Assembly (NCBI GenBank): GCA_013334575.1
Contig: JAAXXG010000007.1
Span: 1-56,280, forward strand
Source: Candidatus Moraniibacteriota bacterium
GTDB taxonomy: Bacteria; Patescibacteriota; Minisyncoccia; Moranbacterales; UBA1568
DNA length: 56,280 nt
Direction of reading: 5' to 3'
Each line of letters begins with the position of its first letter. The stretch's first letter is position 1. Position numbers and translations under genes: made by a program. Shown piece after piece: positions 29,241 through 37,813 of the stretch. Under the pieces are notes generated by a model. That model was not told the origin of the DNA. It saw only the letters and a list, made by a program, of their open reading frames with translations, and made no database searches.

Positions 29241-30101
29241 CTACCGCATCGAGCCGGAAAAGACGCACCCGTTAAAAACGGTATCACACCGGTAGACGAT
29301 GTCGCCCTCACGGTCCGTCCGGCGGACGACCGCACCCATCGAAGCAAGTCTTGCGAGCACGTCCGCATCGGGATGTCCGTAGGAATTCTTTCCGACCGAC
29401 ACGACGGCCTCCTTCGGCCGGACAAGATCGAGAAACGCCTGACTCGAGGAATGCTTGGATCCGTGATGGGAGACCTTGAGGACTTCCGCTTCACCGACTC
29501 CCGACAGGTACTTTTCTTCCTCCGGCAGGTCCCCGGTCAACAGGAAATCCGTGTCGCCGAAGGTGAACCGCGAGACGACGCTCCCCTCGTTCGAACCCCC
29601 GGAACCCTCTACGCTTCCCGGCGGATACGCCACCGAAAGCGTACCACCTTCGGGAAGTCCGACGGATAATCCGGTCCGCGCCGGAACACGGATCGGCGGA
29701 CGAGACCCTTCCGCAAGCCGATCCTGCAGAAGCGCAAAGATATCCGAGGACGATCGAGCGTCCGTCGCCGCGAAGACCCCGACGCGATAATTCCTCAGCA
29801 GATCCGGAAGACCGCCGATGTGATCGGCATCCGGATGCGTCATGACGACCGTCTCGATCGTCCGGTCCCAGAACGGGACGTAACGCGACAACCGAGAAAG
29901 AAGCAATGTCCCACTCCGCCCGCCATCGATAAGGATCTGATCCGAACCATGAGAGACAAGGATCGCATCACCCTGTCCCACGTCGAGGAAAACGACTCGA
30001 GTCATCCGGGCATTCCGCCAGGCCCACACGGCGAACACGCCGAGTGCGACGGCAAGGAATACGAGTGCGAGGAGAAGCAGTCTCAGAAGATGACGTTTCA
30101 T
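29241..30101 (-). CDS. comEC: ComEC C-terminal module as a separate ORF: TM helix + metallo-beta-lactamase domain
   Basis: FLDVGQGDAILV, HPDADHIGG and VSHHGSKHSS motifs. The ATG at 30101 overlaps the stop of the upstream ComEC membrane ORF (ATGA). The track ORF extension to 30731 is out-of-frame junk. Confidence 0.88.
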   Translation of the reverse strand: MKRHLLRLLLLALVFLAVALGVFAVWAWRNARMTRVVFLDVGQGDAILVSHGSDQILIDGGRSGTLLLSRLSRYVPFWDRTIETVVMTHPDADHIGGLPDLLRNYRVGVFAATDARSSSDIFALLQDRLAEGSRPPIRVPARTGLSVGLPEGGTLSVAYPPGSVEGSGGSNEGSVVSRFTFGDTDFLLTGDLPEEEKYLSGVGEAEVLKVSHHGSKHSSSQAFLDLVRPKEAVVSVGKNSYGHPDADVLARLASMGAVVRRTDREGDIVYRCDTVFNGCVFSGSMR

Positions 30102-31618
30102 GAAGCCGGTTTTCGCTGATCGTCTCCAGTATCCCATACTTCCGAAGAGACGGCATTCGCATTTACGGGAGCAGGCCGGACGAGAAAGGTCATTATCCTG
30201 CCACGAAAAAGAAAAATCGCGAGTCCGACATACCAGACCGCGGCCGCGACCAGTCCGAACGAGAGATGTATCATCGTAGGCCGCGCCGCCGATGCGGCGA
30301 GTCCGGCACCGAGGACGATCGGACGAAGCAGCGCGTACGCGGGAAAGGAAAGGATGGTTCCGAATGACGGAACGACCATGCCGGCAAACGCCGTCAGTGC
30401 CGAAAAGAACATCGCATACGGCACGAGCGGCAACAAGGCGACGTTCGCGAGAAATGACACCGGTGAAAACGTCCCGAAATTCGCGAAGATGACCGGGAGG
30501 ACGAACAGGTTGGCGACGATCGTCAGAAGCGCCGTCTCGACCAGGAATCCGCCGGTCCGAACCGATGCCGTCCATCGTCCGACGATCGGCGAGCACAAGG
30601 CGATACCGGCAGTCGCGGCGAACGAGAGCAGGAATCCGATATCGTGCCGCAATAGAAGCGGGTTCAAGAACAGCATCACCGAGGCGACGAACAGGATCGC
30701 CCGGACCGATGCGTACCGGCGACCGAACCACCCCGCAGCGACAAGCGTCGATGCCATCCCAAACGCACGCACCGCCGACGACGGCGCGCCCGAAACCAGG
30801 ACGAATGCCGCCGTGGAAAGTAGCGAGAAAACGGCGGCACGGGAACGGGAAAGTGCCAGCCCGACCCCGAGAAGCAGGAACCCCTCCGCGACGATCGAGA
30901 TGTTGTACCCGGAGACCGCCACGATGTGGGAAAGTCCGGCGTCACGGAACTGCGTCGTGACGGCTTCCGGAAGACGACGCCCTCCGCCGAGAAGCAGTCC
31001 GGCTGCGAGACCCGATTCCGGCTGTGGCAACGCGCGCGAAAGCGCCTCCTCGAACCTCGATGAGAACATGAACAGGGCCCGGCGTACCGGATAGCGGTTC
31101 CCGGTCCGTTCCCAGGAAACGGCGCGACACCGATAACCGATTCCGTCCTTGGCGAAATACATGCGCCACTCCGGATCCGGAGGCTCAAGCAGGCACGAGA
31201 GTCTTCCGACATCGCCGAATGCGGCGTCGGACCGGACGGAGAACGTGACCAGCGAGAGCTCCTTCGGGCAGGCGGTTCCGTCATCGCACCGGTCGAACCG
31301 GACAACCGCCTTCCGACCGGCATCGTCGTTCTCCGGATTCCGTACGACCGTCGCCGTACCCGAAACGGACACCGAGAGGCGCTCCCGATCCCATCCGGAC
31401 TCGATCCACGCCGACCGCGCGACTCCCACCGCGAACACCGACACCATAAGCGCATATGAGACGACCCGCCGACGCGGCCAAACGACAGCGGTCGCGACTG
31501 TTCCCACGACAAGCAGCAACGGAAGGAACGGGAACCACTGCGGACGGACGGAGCCGAGAAATACGCCCGGAATAAGGAACGGGACCGAACGTCTCAACAT
31601 CGACGCGACATCAGACAT
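30098..31618 (-). CDS. comEC: ComEC/Rec2 DNA-uptake channel, N-terminal (DUF4131-like + Competence) membrane module
   Basis: 506 aa polytopic protein with the GLSHIVAVSGYNISIV competence-domain motif. Confidence 0.88.
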   Translation of the reverse strand: MSDVASMLRRSVPFLIPGVFLGSVRPQWFPFLPLLLVVGTVATAVVWPRRRVVSYALMVSVFAVGVARSAWIESGWDRERLSVSVSGTATVVRNPENDDAGRKAVVRFDRCDDGTACPKELSLVTFSVRSDAAFGDVGRLSCLLEPPDPEWRMYFAKDGIGYRCRAVSWERTGNRYPVRRALFMFSSRFEEALSRALPQPESGLAAGLLLGGGRRLPEAVTTQFRDAGLSHIVAVSGYNISIVAEGFLLLGVGLALSRSRAAVFSLLSTAAFVLVSGAPSSAVRAFGMASTLVAAGWFGRRYASVRAILFVASVMLFLNPLLLRHDIGFLLSFAATAGIALCSPIVGRWTASVRTGGFLVETALLTIVANLFVLPVIFANFGTFSPVSFLANVALLPLVPYAMFFSALTAFAGMVVPSFGTILSFPAYALLRPIVLGAGLAASAARPTMIHLSFGLVAAAVWYVGLAIFLFRGRIMTFLVRPAPVNANAVSSEVWDTGDDQRKPAS

Positions 31619-31666
31619 ATCGTGTCATAACGAAAGAAGACCCGTATATCCGGATCTTCCGTCATC

Positions 31667-32113
31667 CTACTCGAGGGTTTCGATAGCCTTCTTGAAACTC
31701 TTCACGGATCCGAAGGATTTATAGACGCTCACGAAACGGAGATACGCCACCTCGTCGACCGACCGGAGCTTCTCGAGGACAAGATTGCCGATTTCCCGAC
31801 TCGTCACCTCGGGCTCGCGACGCGCATGCAGCTCGTATTCGATCTCTTCCAGGATCTTCTCGGTCTTCTCATCGCAACCGGGACGTTTCTCAAGCGCCCT
31901 GCGGAGCCCGGCTTCGATTTTCTTGCGGTCATACTCCTCCCGCCGGCCGTCCTTCTTCACCACCGAAACACCCATCGTCTCGGCCTCCTCGTACGTACTG
32001 AACCGGCCCGAGCACTTCTCACACTCGCGCCGACGCCGAATCGCACGCCCCTCCTTGGTCTCGCGCGAATCGATCACCTTGGTCTCATCATGGCCGCAGA
32101 ACGGACACCGCAT
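31667..32113 (-). CDS. nrdR: Transcriptional repressor NrdR
   Basis: MRCPFCGHDETKVIDSR...CEKCSGRFSTYE zinc ribbon + ATP-cone. Confidence 0.95.
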   Translation of the reverse strand: MRCPFCGHDETKVIDSRETKEGRAIRRRRECEKCSGRFSTYEEAETMGVSVVKKDGRREEYDRKKIEAGLRRALEKRPGCDEKTEKILEEIEYELHARREPEVTSREIGNLVLEKLRSVDEVAYLRFVSVYKSFGSVKSFKKAIETLE

Positions 32114-32220
32114 ACGAAAAATACGAAAAAATCCCCTCCCGCCACCAATCTAGCACGTTTTCCGGAAAAGAAAAGGAAGAGGGGTCCGAAGACCCCTTTC
32201 CCCCGACCGTAAGAAACGGA

Positions 32221-33483
32221 CTATTTTTTCATCTTGCGACGGATGAATGCCGGAATTTCGAGATCATCTCCCTCCTCGGCGAATTCCTTCGCTTCGGTCC
32301 GCGGCATGGCGGCCGCCGGCTGGATCTTCTCCTCGATGATCATCGCCGGTTTCTCCACCATGCGACGGGTACTTTCGAACGCGGTCCGGGAGAAGATATC
32401 GTCCTCCTCCTCGACGGCGACCGGACGCTCCGGCTCGACGACCGCACGAGAAACCGGAACCTGCTGGGGGACCTGCTGGGATGCCGCCCGGGTGACGAAT
32501 CCGACCGAGGATCGCTCCTTGACGCGTCCGGCGTCGAATCCGGTCGCGACGACCGTGATCTGGATGTCGCCCTTGTGGACCTGGTCGTCGACAACGGCCC
32601 CGAAGATGACCTTCGCGTTCGGATCGATGTTCTCGGTAATGATGTTCGCCGCCTCGTTGATCTCGAGCATTCCGAGATCGGCGGATCCGGAGATATTGAT
32701 AAGGACGCCCTTCGCGCCGTCGATCGCGAGTTCGAGAAGCGGGCTGTTGATAGCCGCGCGGGCCGCCTCCTCGGCACGGTTGTCGCCGGAGGCGATGCCG
32801 ATGCCCATGAGGGCGGAGCCGCTGTCCTGCATGATGGTGCGGACGTCGGCGAAGTCGACGTTGACGATACCGGGCTTGGTGATGAGATCGGAGATACCCT
32901 GTACGCCCTGACGGAGCACGTCATCGACGATGCGGAACGCGTTGATGAGCGAAGTCTTCTTGTCGATGATGGAGAGCAGCTTGTCGTTCGGGATCGTGAT
33001 GAGCGAATCGACGCGGTCACGCAGGTTCGCGAGCGCCTCGTCGGCGATCGCCCGCCGCTGCGCTCCTTCGAAGGTGAACGGCTTGGTGACGATGCCGATG
33101 GTGAGCGCGCCGAGCTCTTTGGCTGTCTCGGCGACGATCGGCGCGGCTCCGGACCCGGTGCCTCCGCCGAGGCCGCATGCGACGAACACCATGTCCGCGC
33201 CCTTCAGGACCTCTTGGATCTCGTCCCGGTTTTCCTCGGCCGCCTGACGACCGATCTCGGGATTCATACCGGCTCCGAGTCCCTTCGTCAGGTTCTTTCC
33301 GATATGCACCTTCTCCGGCGCCTTGGAATTGTGCAACGCCTGCGCATCGGTGTTGATGACCACGAACTCGACCCCTTTGATCTTGGAGTCGATCATGCGG
33401 GAGACCGCGTTACCTCCGGCGCCACCTACGCCGACCACTTTGATCTTCGCGAACGTTTCGATATCGGGTTTGATTTCAGCCAT
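32221..33483 (-). CDS. ftsZ: Cell division protein FtsZ
   Basis: VVGVGGAGGNAV, GLGAGMNPEIG and GLGGGTGSGAAP motifs. The ATG at 33483 lies inside track ORF 32221..33573. Confidence 0.97.
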   Translation of the reverse strand: MAEIKPDIETFAKIKVVGVGGAGGNAVSRMIDSKIKGVEFVVINTDAQALHNSKAPEKVHIGKNLTKGLGAGMNPEIGRQAAEENRDEIQEVLKGADMVFVACGLGGGTGSGAAPIVAETAKELGALTIGIVTKPFTFEGAQRRAIADEALANLRDRVDSLITIPNDKLLSIIDKKTSLINAFRIVDDVLRQGVQGISDLITKPGIVNVDFADVRTIMQDSGSALMGIGIASGDNRAEEAARAAINSPLLELAIDGAKGVLINISGSADLGMLEINEAANIITENIDPNAKVIFGAVVDDQVHKGDIQITVVATGFDAGRVKERSSVGFVTRAASQQVPQQVPVSRAVVEPERPVAVEEEDDIFSRTAFESTRRMVEKPAMIIEEKIQPAAAMPRTEAKEFAEEGDDLEIPAFIRRKMKK

Positions 33484-33543
33484 ACGGAAGGGAAACGATA
33501 AACGATGAGGGACGGATCCGAAGGCTTTTGTTTTCGAAGTCCT

Positions 33544-33573
33544 ACTGTAGCACGCGGAAAATGCGCGTGTCAA
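33544..33573 (-). promoter_or_regulatory. Candidate internal promoter for ftsZ (TTGACA-18-TACAGT)
   Basis: Lies in the 130-nt ftsA-ftsZ spacer. Confidence 0.45.
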
Positions 33574-33613
33574 GCAGGTTTTATGCCTGTTTGAGGCTTT
33601 TTTGGTGTTTTTT

Positions 33614-34894
33614 TCAGTCGAGCGGAAGGAACTTCTTCAGAAGATCGTGCATCCGCTTTCCGGCCGAGAGCGCCCATTCCGGAACGGCCCGCTTCGCTCC
33701 GTCCGTCAGGAATCCGATGCCGGCAACGGCCCCTCTCGAATGCCCTCGCTCGCGGGACAGCAGCACGAGACCGACTGCCGACGCGAAATCGGGCCCGTCA
33801 ACCTGATCGAGAATACCTCCGAGCGGTTTCGGATATCCGACATGCGACGGCAACCGCAGGATTTCCTTGGCAAGCTCAACCGCACCGGGAAGCAGCGATC
33901 CGCCGCCCGTCAGGACCGCCCCGGCCGGCAGAAGCCCCTCCCGTCCACACTTCGCGAGCTCCGAATTCACGAACCGCAGAAGCTCGTCCATGCGCGCCTC
34001 GATGATCTCGGCGACATGATGACGGGAGACGGATTCCGTCTCATGGGAATCGAACCGGGATAGGTCGACCTCCTCACGCTTTCCGACCGTTTCCGGAAGT
34101 GCCGTCCCGTATTGAAGCTTCACCTGTTCAGCGGTCTCGATGGAGGTCCGCAGACCGATCGCGATGTCGTTCGTCACGTGCGTACCGCCGACCGGCAGTA
34201 CGGCGAGATGGACGAGCTCACCCTCCTCGTATACGGCGACCGACGTCGTGCTTCCGCCGATATCGACAAGCGCCACGCCGAGTTCCTTCTGCTTCTGGTT
34301 CAGGACCGCCTCGCTGGCGGCAAGCGGACCGACCGCGTGAAAATCCGGACGTATCCCGACCTGGTCGAGGATTCGTCCGACACCCTTCATCTGGTTCATG
34401 CTCGTGCCGATAACGAACGCCTCGGCTTCAAGCCGGACGCCACGCATACCGACGGGATCCTTGATGTCCTTCTGGTCGTCGAGTCGGTAGCTCTTGGGGA
34501 TCACGTGAAGCACCTCGCGGTTCGAAGGTAACATGACGCGGGCCTCCACCTCGGCCATCGCCCGCTCCACGTCGTCCTCCGCGACCTCGCCGTCCGGACG
34601 ACTGACCGCGATGACACCGAGTGTCTTCTGACAGAAAATATCCGTACCGGAAACGCCGACACCGACCGTATCCGCGGTCACTCCGGACATGCGCTCGGCG
34701 TGCGATACGGCCTTAGCGACAGCCGAGGCGACAGCCGAGGCGTCGATGACGGTCCCGCGGCGGATACCTTCCGATGGCATCGTGACGGCACCGAGTACGC
34801 GAAGCGTCTCCTCCCCCGGCGCTTCCTGCGCCATGACGACGCGGACCTGTGATGATCCGATATCTATGCCGAGATAATTTTCCGTTTTCGCCAT
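33614..34894 (-). CDS. ftsA: Cell division protein FtsA
   Basis: Actin-like ATPase (GIDIGSSQVRVV, VDIGGSTTSVAV), immediately upstream of ftsZ. Confidence 0.93.
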   Translation of the reverse strand: MAKTENYLGIDIGSSQVRVVMAQEAPGEETLRVLGAVTMPSEGIRRGTVIDASAVASAVAKAVSHAERMSGVTADTVGVGVSGTDIFCQKTLGVIAVSRPDGEVAEDDVERAMAEVEARVMLPSNREVLHVIPKSYRLDDQKDIKDPVGMRGVRLEAEAFVIGTSMNQMKGVGRILDQVGIRPDFHAVGPLAASEAVLNQKQKELGVALVDIGGSTTSVAVYEEGELVHLAVLPVGGTHVTNDIAIGLRTSIETAEQVKLQYGTALPETVGKREEVDLSRFDSHETESVSRHHVAEIIEARMDELLRFVNSELAKCGREGLLPAGAVLTGGGSLLPGAVELAKEILRLPSHVGYPKPLGGILDQVDGPDFASAVGLVLLSRERGHSRGAVAGIGFLTDGAKRAVPEWALSAGKRMHDLLKKFLPLD

Positions 34895-35032
34895 ACGGAC
34901 ACACGGAGAATCCCTTCCCCCATGAAGACTCCCTTGCTTATGGGAAATAGTATACCCCGAAACCGGGGGGAAACAAAATCATACCGGAACAAACGATTCC
35001 CATCTCGACCGATAGGTCAAAATCTTCTCCTC

Positions 35033-35070
35033 ATACAATAAAGCGGCGCATCCTTTGACAGATGCGCCGC
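35033..35070 (-). terminator. Terminator of the 34-aa micro-ORF unit
   Basis: GCGGCGCATC...GATGCGCCGC followed by TTTATTGTAT. Confidence 0.65.
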
Positions 35071-35136
35071 ATTGAGCCGTTTGCTCCCCTCCTTGATTAT
35101 GGAGCTGCATTCCCCGGCGACCCCCGGGAGCCGTGA

Positions 35137-35241
35137 TCAGAGAGTGGTCAGGTAGTCGTTACCGTTCTTCGAACCTTCATGGCCGGAACGGCCGGGATAA
35201 AGGCTCTCCACTTCCTTGGTCGGTACCTGCGTATTTTCCAT
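35137..35241 (-). CDS. Candidate 34-aa micro-protein (MENTQVPTKEVESLYPGRSGHEGSKNGNDYLTTL)
   Basis: Not in the track (<60 aa). GAGGAGGTGCGT-ATG SD. Own TTGACG-17-TATCAT promoter (35314..35342) and own terminator (35033..35070). Confidence 0.45.
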   Translation of the reverse strand: MENTQVPTKEVESLYPGRSGHEGSKNGNDYLTTL

Positions 35242-35313
35242 ACGCACCTCCTCATTTGTTTCGTGAAGTCTGAACAAAGAGACAAGCTGTTAAACGAACC
35301 AGCCATCATCGAA

Positions 35314-35342
35314 ATGATAGATCCATCGTAAAATACCGTCAA
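35314..35342 (-). promoter_or_regulatory. Promoter of the 34-aa micro-ORF unit (TTGACG-17-TATCAT)
   Basis: Immediately downstream of the 35357..35392 terminator. Confidence 0.5.
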
Positions 35343-35356
35343 ATCGAAAAACAGGA

Positions 35357-35392
35357 TAAAAAAAATACGACCATCACCCGAGGGCGATGGCC
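35357..35392 (-). terminator. Terminator of the 63-aa small-ORF unit
   Basis: 10-bp stem whose G.U pairs form only on the minus-strand RNA, followed by GTATTTTTTTTAT. Confidence 0.8.
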
Positions 35393-35411
35393 GTTGTTGG
35401 CGAAGGTGGGG

Positions 35412-35603
35412 TCATGCCTTATTTGCCATTTTGTAACCGGAAACTTCAGGCGAATGGCAGCAGCCACCTCCGGCTGTGAAAAAAGCGGTTACCGCAGTGA
35501 TCGACTTGCCCTGTCTGTGGCCCTCGGCATCGGTGGCATCGGTCTTCCCGATTTTCCCCAGTATCCGGACGCGTACGCCCGAAGAAAGTCCCATGTTATT
35601 CAC
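35412..35603 (-). CDS. Candidate 63-aa small protein (…ILGKIGKTDATDAEGHRQGKSITAVTAFFTAGGGCCHSPEVSGYKMANKA)
   Basis: AAAGGAGGAACC-GTG SD (in-frame ATG 3 codons later). A strong strand-specific terminator follows (35357..35392). Confidence 0.5.
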   Translation of the reverse strand: MNNMGLSSGVRVRILGKIGKTDATDAEGHRQGKSITAVTAFFTAGGGCCHSPEVSGYKMANKA

Positions 35604-35730
35604 GGTTCCTCCTTTGTCCTTCGTTTAGAAAAATAACCTCGCACGCGAGGCGGTTTATTGTAAGCAACTACATACGACTCCAGTCGCAAGGTAATGGTAT
35701 CCCCGAAACGGGGCGCCGTCAAATCGGGCT

Positions 35731-35757
35731 ATAAAAAAAGAACGGGGCGCGCCGTTC
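35731..35757 (-). terminator. Terminator after dgkA
   Basis: GAACGG-cgcgcc-CCGTTC followed by T7. Confidence 0.7.
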
Positions 35758-35780
35758 CATCCGCCGATCCGTATGTTTTT

Positions 35781-36146
35781 CTATCGTCCCGAAAATATCG
35801 GGATGATGTGCGGCAGGAATACGACGATCCCGACAAAGACCGCGAAGACGGACGCGAGCAGGACCGCTCCCGCGGTGATATCCTTCGTCGCCTTCACCGC
35901 TTCGTGATATTGCGGACTCAGCACGTCCATGAGGTGCTCGACCGCGGTATTGAGGAGTTCGAGCGAAAGCACGACACCGATCGTCAGAAGGACGATGCCA
36001 CGCTCCGCGGACGAGAGCGGCAGAAGAAACAGAAGGACCGTCGCGGCGAGACCGAGTATGAGCTCGATACGGAAATTCCGCTCGGTCGAAGCGGCGTTCC
36101 GGATCCCGTCGGCCGCATGACGAAAGCTCTTCGCGAATGCGATCAT
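35781..36146 (-). CDS. dgkA: Diacylglycerol/undecaprenol kinase (DgkA family)
   Basis: 121 aa, 3 TM helices, SLELLNTAVE motif. The ATG at 36146 lies inside track ORF 35781..36482. Confidence 0.88.
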   Translation of the reverse strand: MIAFAKSFRHAADGIRNAASTERNFRIELILGLAATVLLFLLPLSSAERGIVLLTIGVVLSLELLNTAVEHLMDVLSPQYHEAVKATKDITAGAVLLASVFAVFVGIVVFLPHIIPIFSGR

Positions 36147-36171
36147 AGGACGTTGGTGAGTCGTATATCCA

Positions 36172-36639
36172 TCATACCACGCTTTTCGCTCCCGCGACGG
36201 CGTCGGTCGCCTCGTCCTGGAGCCGGAACATCTCCTCCCCGTGATCGAATCCGAGCAGATGCAGGATCCCGTGAGAGACGACGAAGGCGAGTTCCCGTCG
36301 GAACGGGACCCCGTCTTCGGCGGCCGCACGCGATACGAACGCCGGCGAGACGACGAGATCGCCGAGAAAGACGTTCCCTTCATCGTCAGGAACGATCTCC
36401 CTGCCTTCGAACTCGGCGAACGAGAGTACGTCGGTAGAAGACTCCTTGCCACGATACGTCGCGTTGAGCGCGGCGATCTCATCGTCCGAGACGAGCGCTA
36501 TCCCGACAGACACGAGTCCGGGAGAGATGCGAAAGGACGGCGTCCCCGGAAGGGATACCGTCCTCTCGGCAACCGCACGGAAAAACGCGTCATCCGCGTC
36601 GCATTCCGCACTCCGCACGATATCGGCCTCGACGTTCAT
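36172..36639 (-). CDS. ybeY: rRNA maturation endoribonuclease YbeY
   Basis: HGILHLLGFDH zinc motif. Confidence 0.93.
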   Translation of the reverse strand: MNVEADIVRSAECDADDAFFRAVAERTVSLPGTPSFRISPGLVSVGIALVSDDEIAALNATYRGKESSTDVLSFAEFEGREIVPDDEGNVFLGDLVVSPAFVSRAAAEDGVPFRRELAFVVSHGILHLLGFDHGEEMFRLQDEATDAVAGAKSVV

Positions 36640-36644
36640 CGGTC

Positions 36645-37097
36645 TTACGTCAGCGATTCCTCCACGAGCCGCTTTACGGTCGCCCCGTCGGCGCGACCGG
36701 CGATCTTCTTCGAGACGGCTCCCATGAGCTTTCCGAATCCGGCCTTGTCGACAACGCCGGTCTCGGCCTTCGCCTCGTCGATGATCGACCTGATCTCCGC
36801 CTCCGGAAGATCCGCCGGCAGGAATCCCGAGACAATCCCGATTTCGGATTCCTCCTTGACGGCGAGGTCCTCGCGGCCGCCCGCGCGGTAGGTCTCCGCG
36901 CTCTCGCGGCGCTGTTTGACGAGTCGCCGCAGAACGGCGACCGCATCGGGGTCGGCCAACTCCGCGACCGGAACGCGCTTCTCGATCGCCTCGTTCTTGA
37001 GGGCGCTGCCGATCATACGGATGGTATCGCGCCGTTCGGCATCTCCCGCCTTCATGGCGTCCTTGAGTCCGGACTGTACCGATTCGTAGAGGGACAT
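36645..37097 (-). CDS. yqeY: GatB/YqeY domain protein
   Basis: LKDAMKAGDAERRDTIRMIGSALKN... pattern. ATG at 37097. Sits between rpsU and ybeY, as in many Gram-positive genomes. Confidence 0.85.
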   Translation of the reverse strand: MSLYESVQSGLKDAMKAGDAERRDTIRMIGSALKNEAIEKRVPVAELADPDAVAVLRRLVKQRRESAETYRAGGREDLAVKEESEIGIVSGFLPADLPEAEIRSIIDEAKAETGVVDKAGFGKLMGAVSKKIAGRADGATVKRLVEESLT

Positions 37098-37108
37098 AGC
37101 GGTCACGC

Positions 37109-37363
37109 TTAGCGGTTGAGTTTCTTCTTGATATCGCGGAGCGACTCGTCGTCGAAGCGTCCGAATTTCTTCAGCCGGCTGATCTCCTTGCGGATCTTGG
37201 TCTTGTAGAGCGCTTCGTTGCGCCGCTCCGATTTGCTCTTTTCCTCGCGACGGAACCGAAGCTTGCGGGCACGCTGAAGCGTGCCGCTCTGCTGGACGCG
37301 GCGGGAAAATCGCCGGATCATGCTCTCCGGTGTCTCCTTCTCCTTCTTTCTGACCTGTATCAT
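37109..37363 (-). CDS. rpsU: 30S ribosomal protein S21
   Basis: 84 aa basic protein, ESMIRRFSRRVQQSGTLQRARKLRF pattern. Confidence 0.88.
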   Translation of the reverse strand: MIQVRKKEKETPESMIRRFSRRVQQSGTLQRARKLRFRREEKSKSERRNEALYKTKIRKEISRLKKFGRFDDESLRDIKKKLNR

Positions 37364-37435
37364 GCGAACCGACCTCCTTTCTTGGTGATCTGATGAATAC
37401 CCCTCCCCGTCTCGGCCCTTCCGGGCGTCTCAAGC

Positions 37436-37807
37436 TTATTCTTCCTTTTTTGTCTTATTTACCGGTCCGATACCCTCGGTAAGCCTGGCTCCGCCGATGA
37501 GGTGCAGATGGATATGCGGAATCTCCTGGCCACCGTCGCGACCGGTCCGGAACAGCAGTTTATACCCCTTCTCGGAAATATTCAAGTCCCTGGCGATATC
37601 CCGCGCCATGAGAATCATCCTACCGACCAGGTCGGCATCCGTATCCGAAAGGGCGTCGATCGACGGGATCCGCCGCTTCGGGATTATCAGGACATGCACC
37701 GGCGCGAGCGGCCGGATATCCCGGAATGCGAGCAGGTCGCCGGATTCCGCCACGATGTCTGCCGGAATCTCCCGACGGATGATCCTATCGAAGACGGTTT
37801 CCTCCAT
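37436..37807 (-). CDS. HIT-family (histidine triad) nucleotide hydrolase
   Basis: IFDRIIRREIPA and HIHLHLIGG motifs. Confidence 0.92.
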   Translation of the reverse strand: MEETVFDRIIRREIPADIVAESGDLLAFRDIRPLAPVHVLIIPKRRIPSIDALSDTDADLVGRMILMARDIARDLNISEKGYKLLFRTGRDGGQEIPHIHLHLIGGARLTEGIGPVNKTKKEE

Positions 37808-37813
37808 ACGCGT

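Noticed and set aside
35148-35342. Track ORF 35148..35342(-), 64 aa.
   Set aside because: It starts upstream of or inside the TTGACG-17-TATCAT promoter and has no SD. The overlapping 34-aa frame with a GAGGAGG SD fits the promoter/terminator geometry better.
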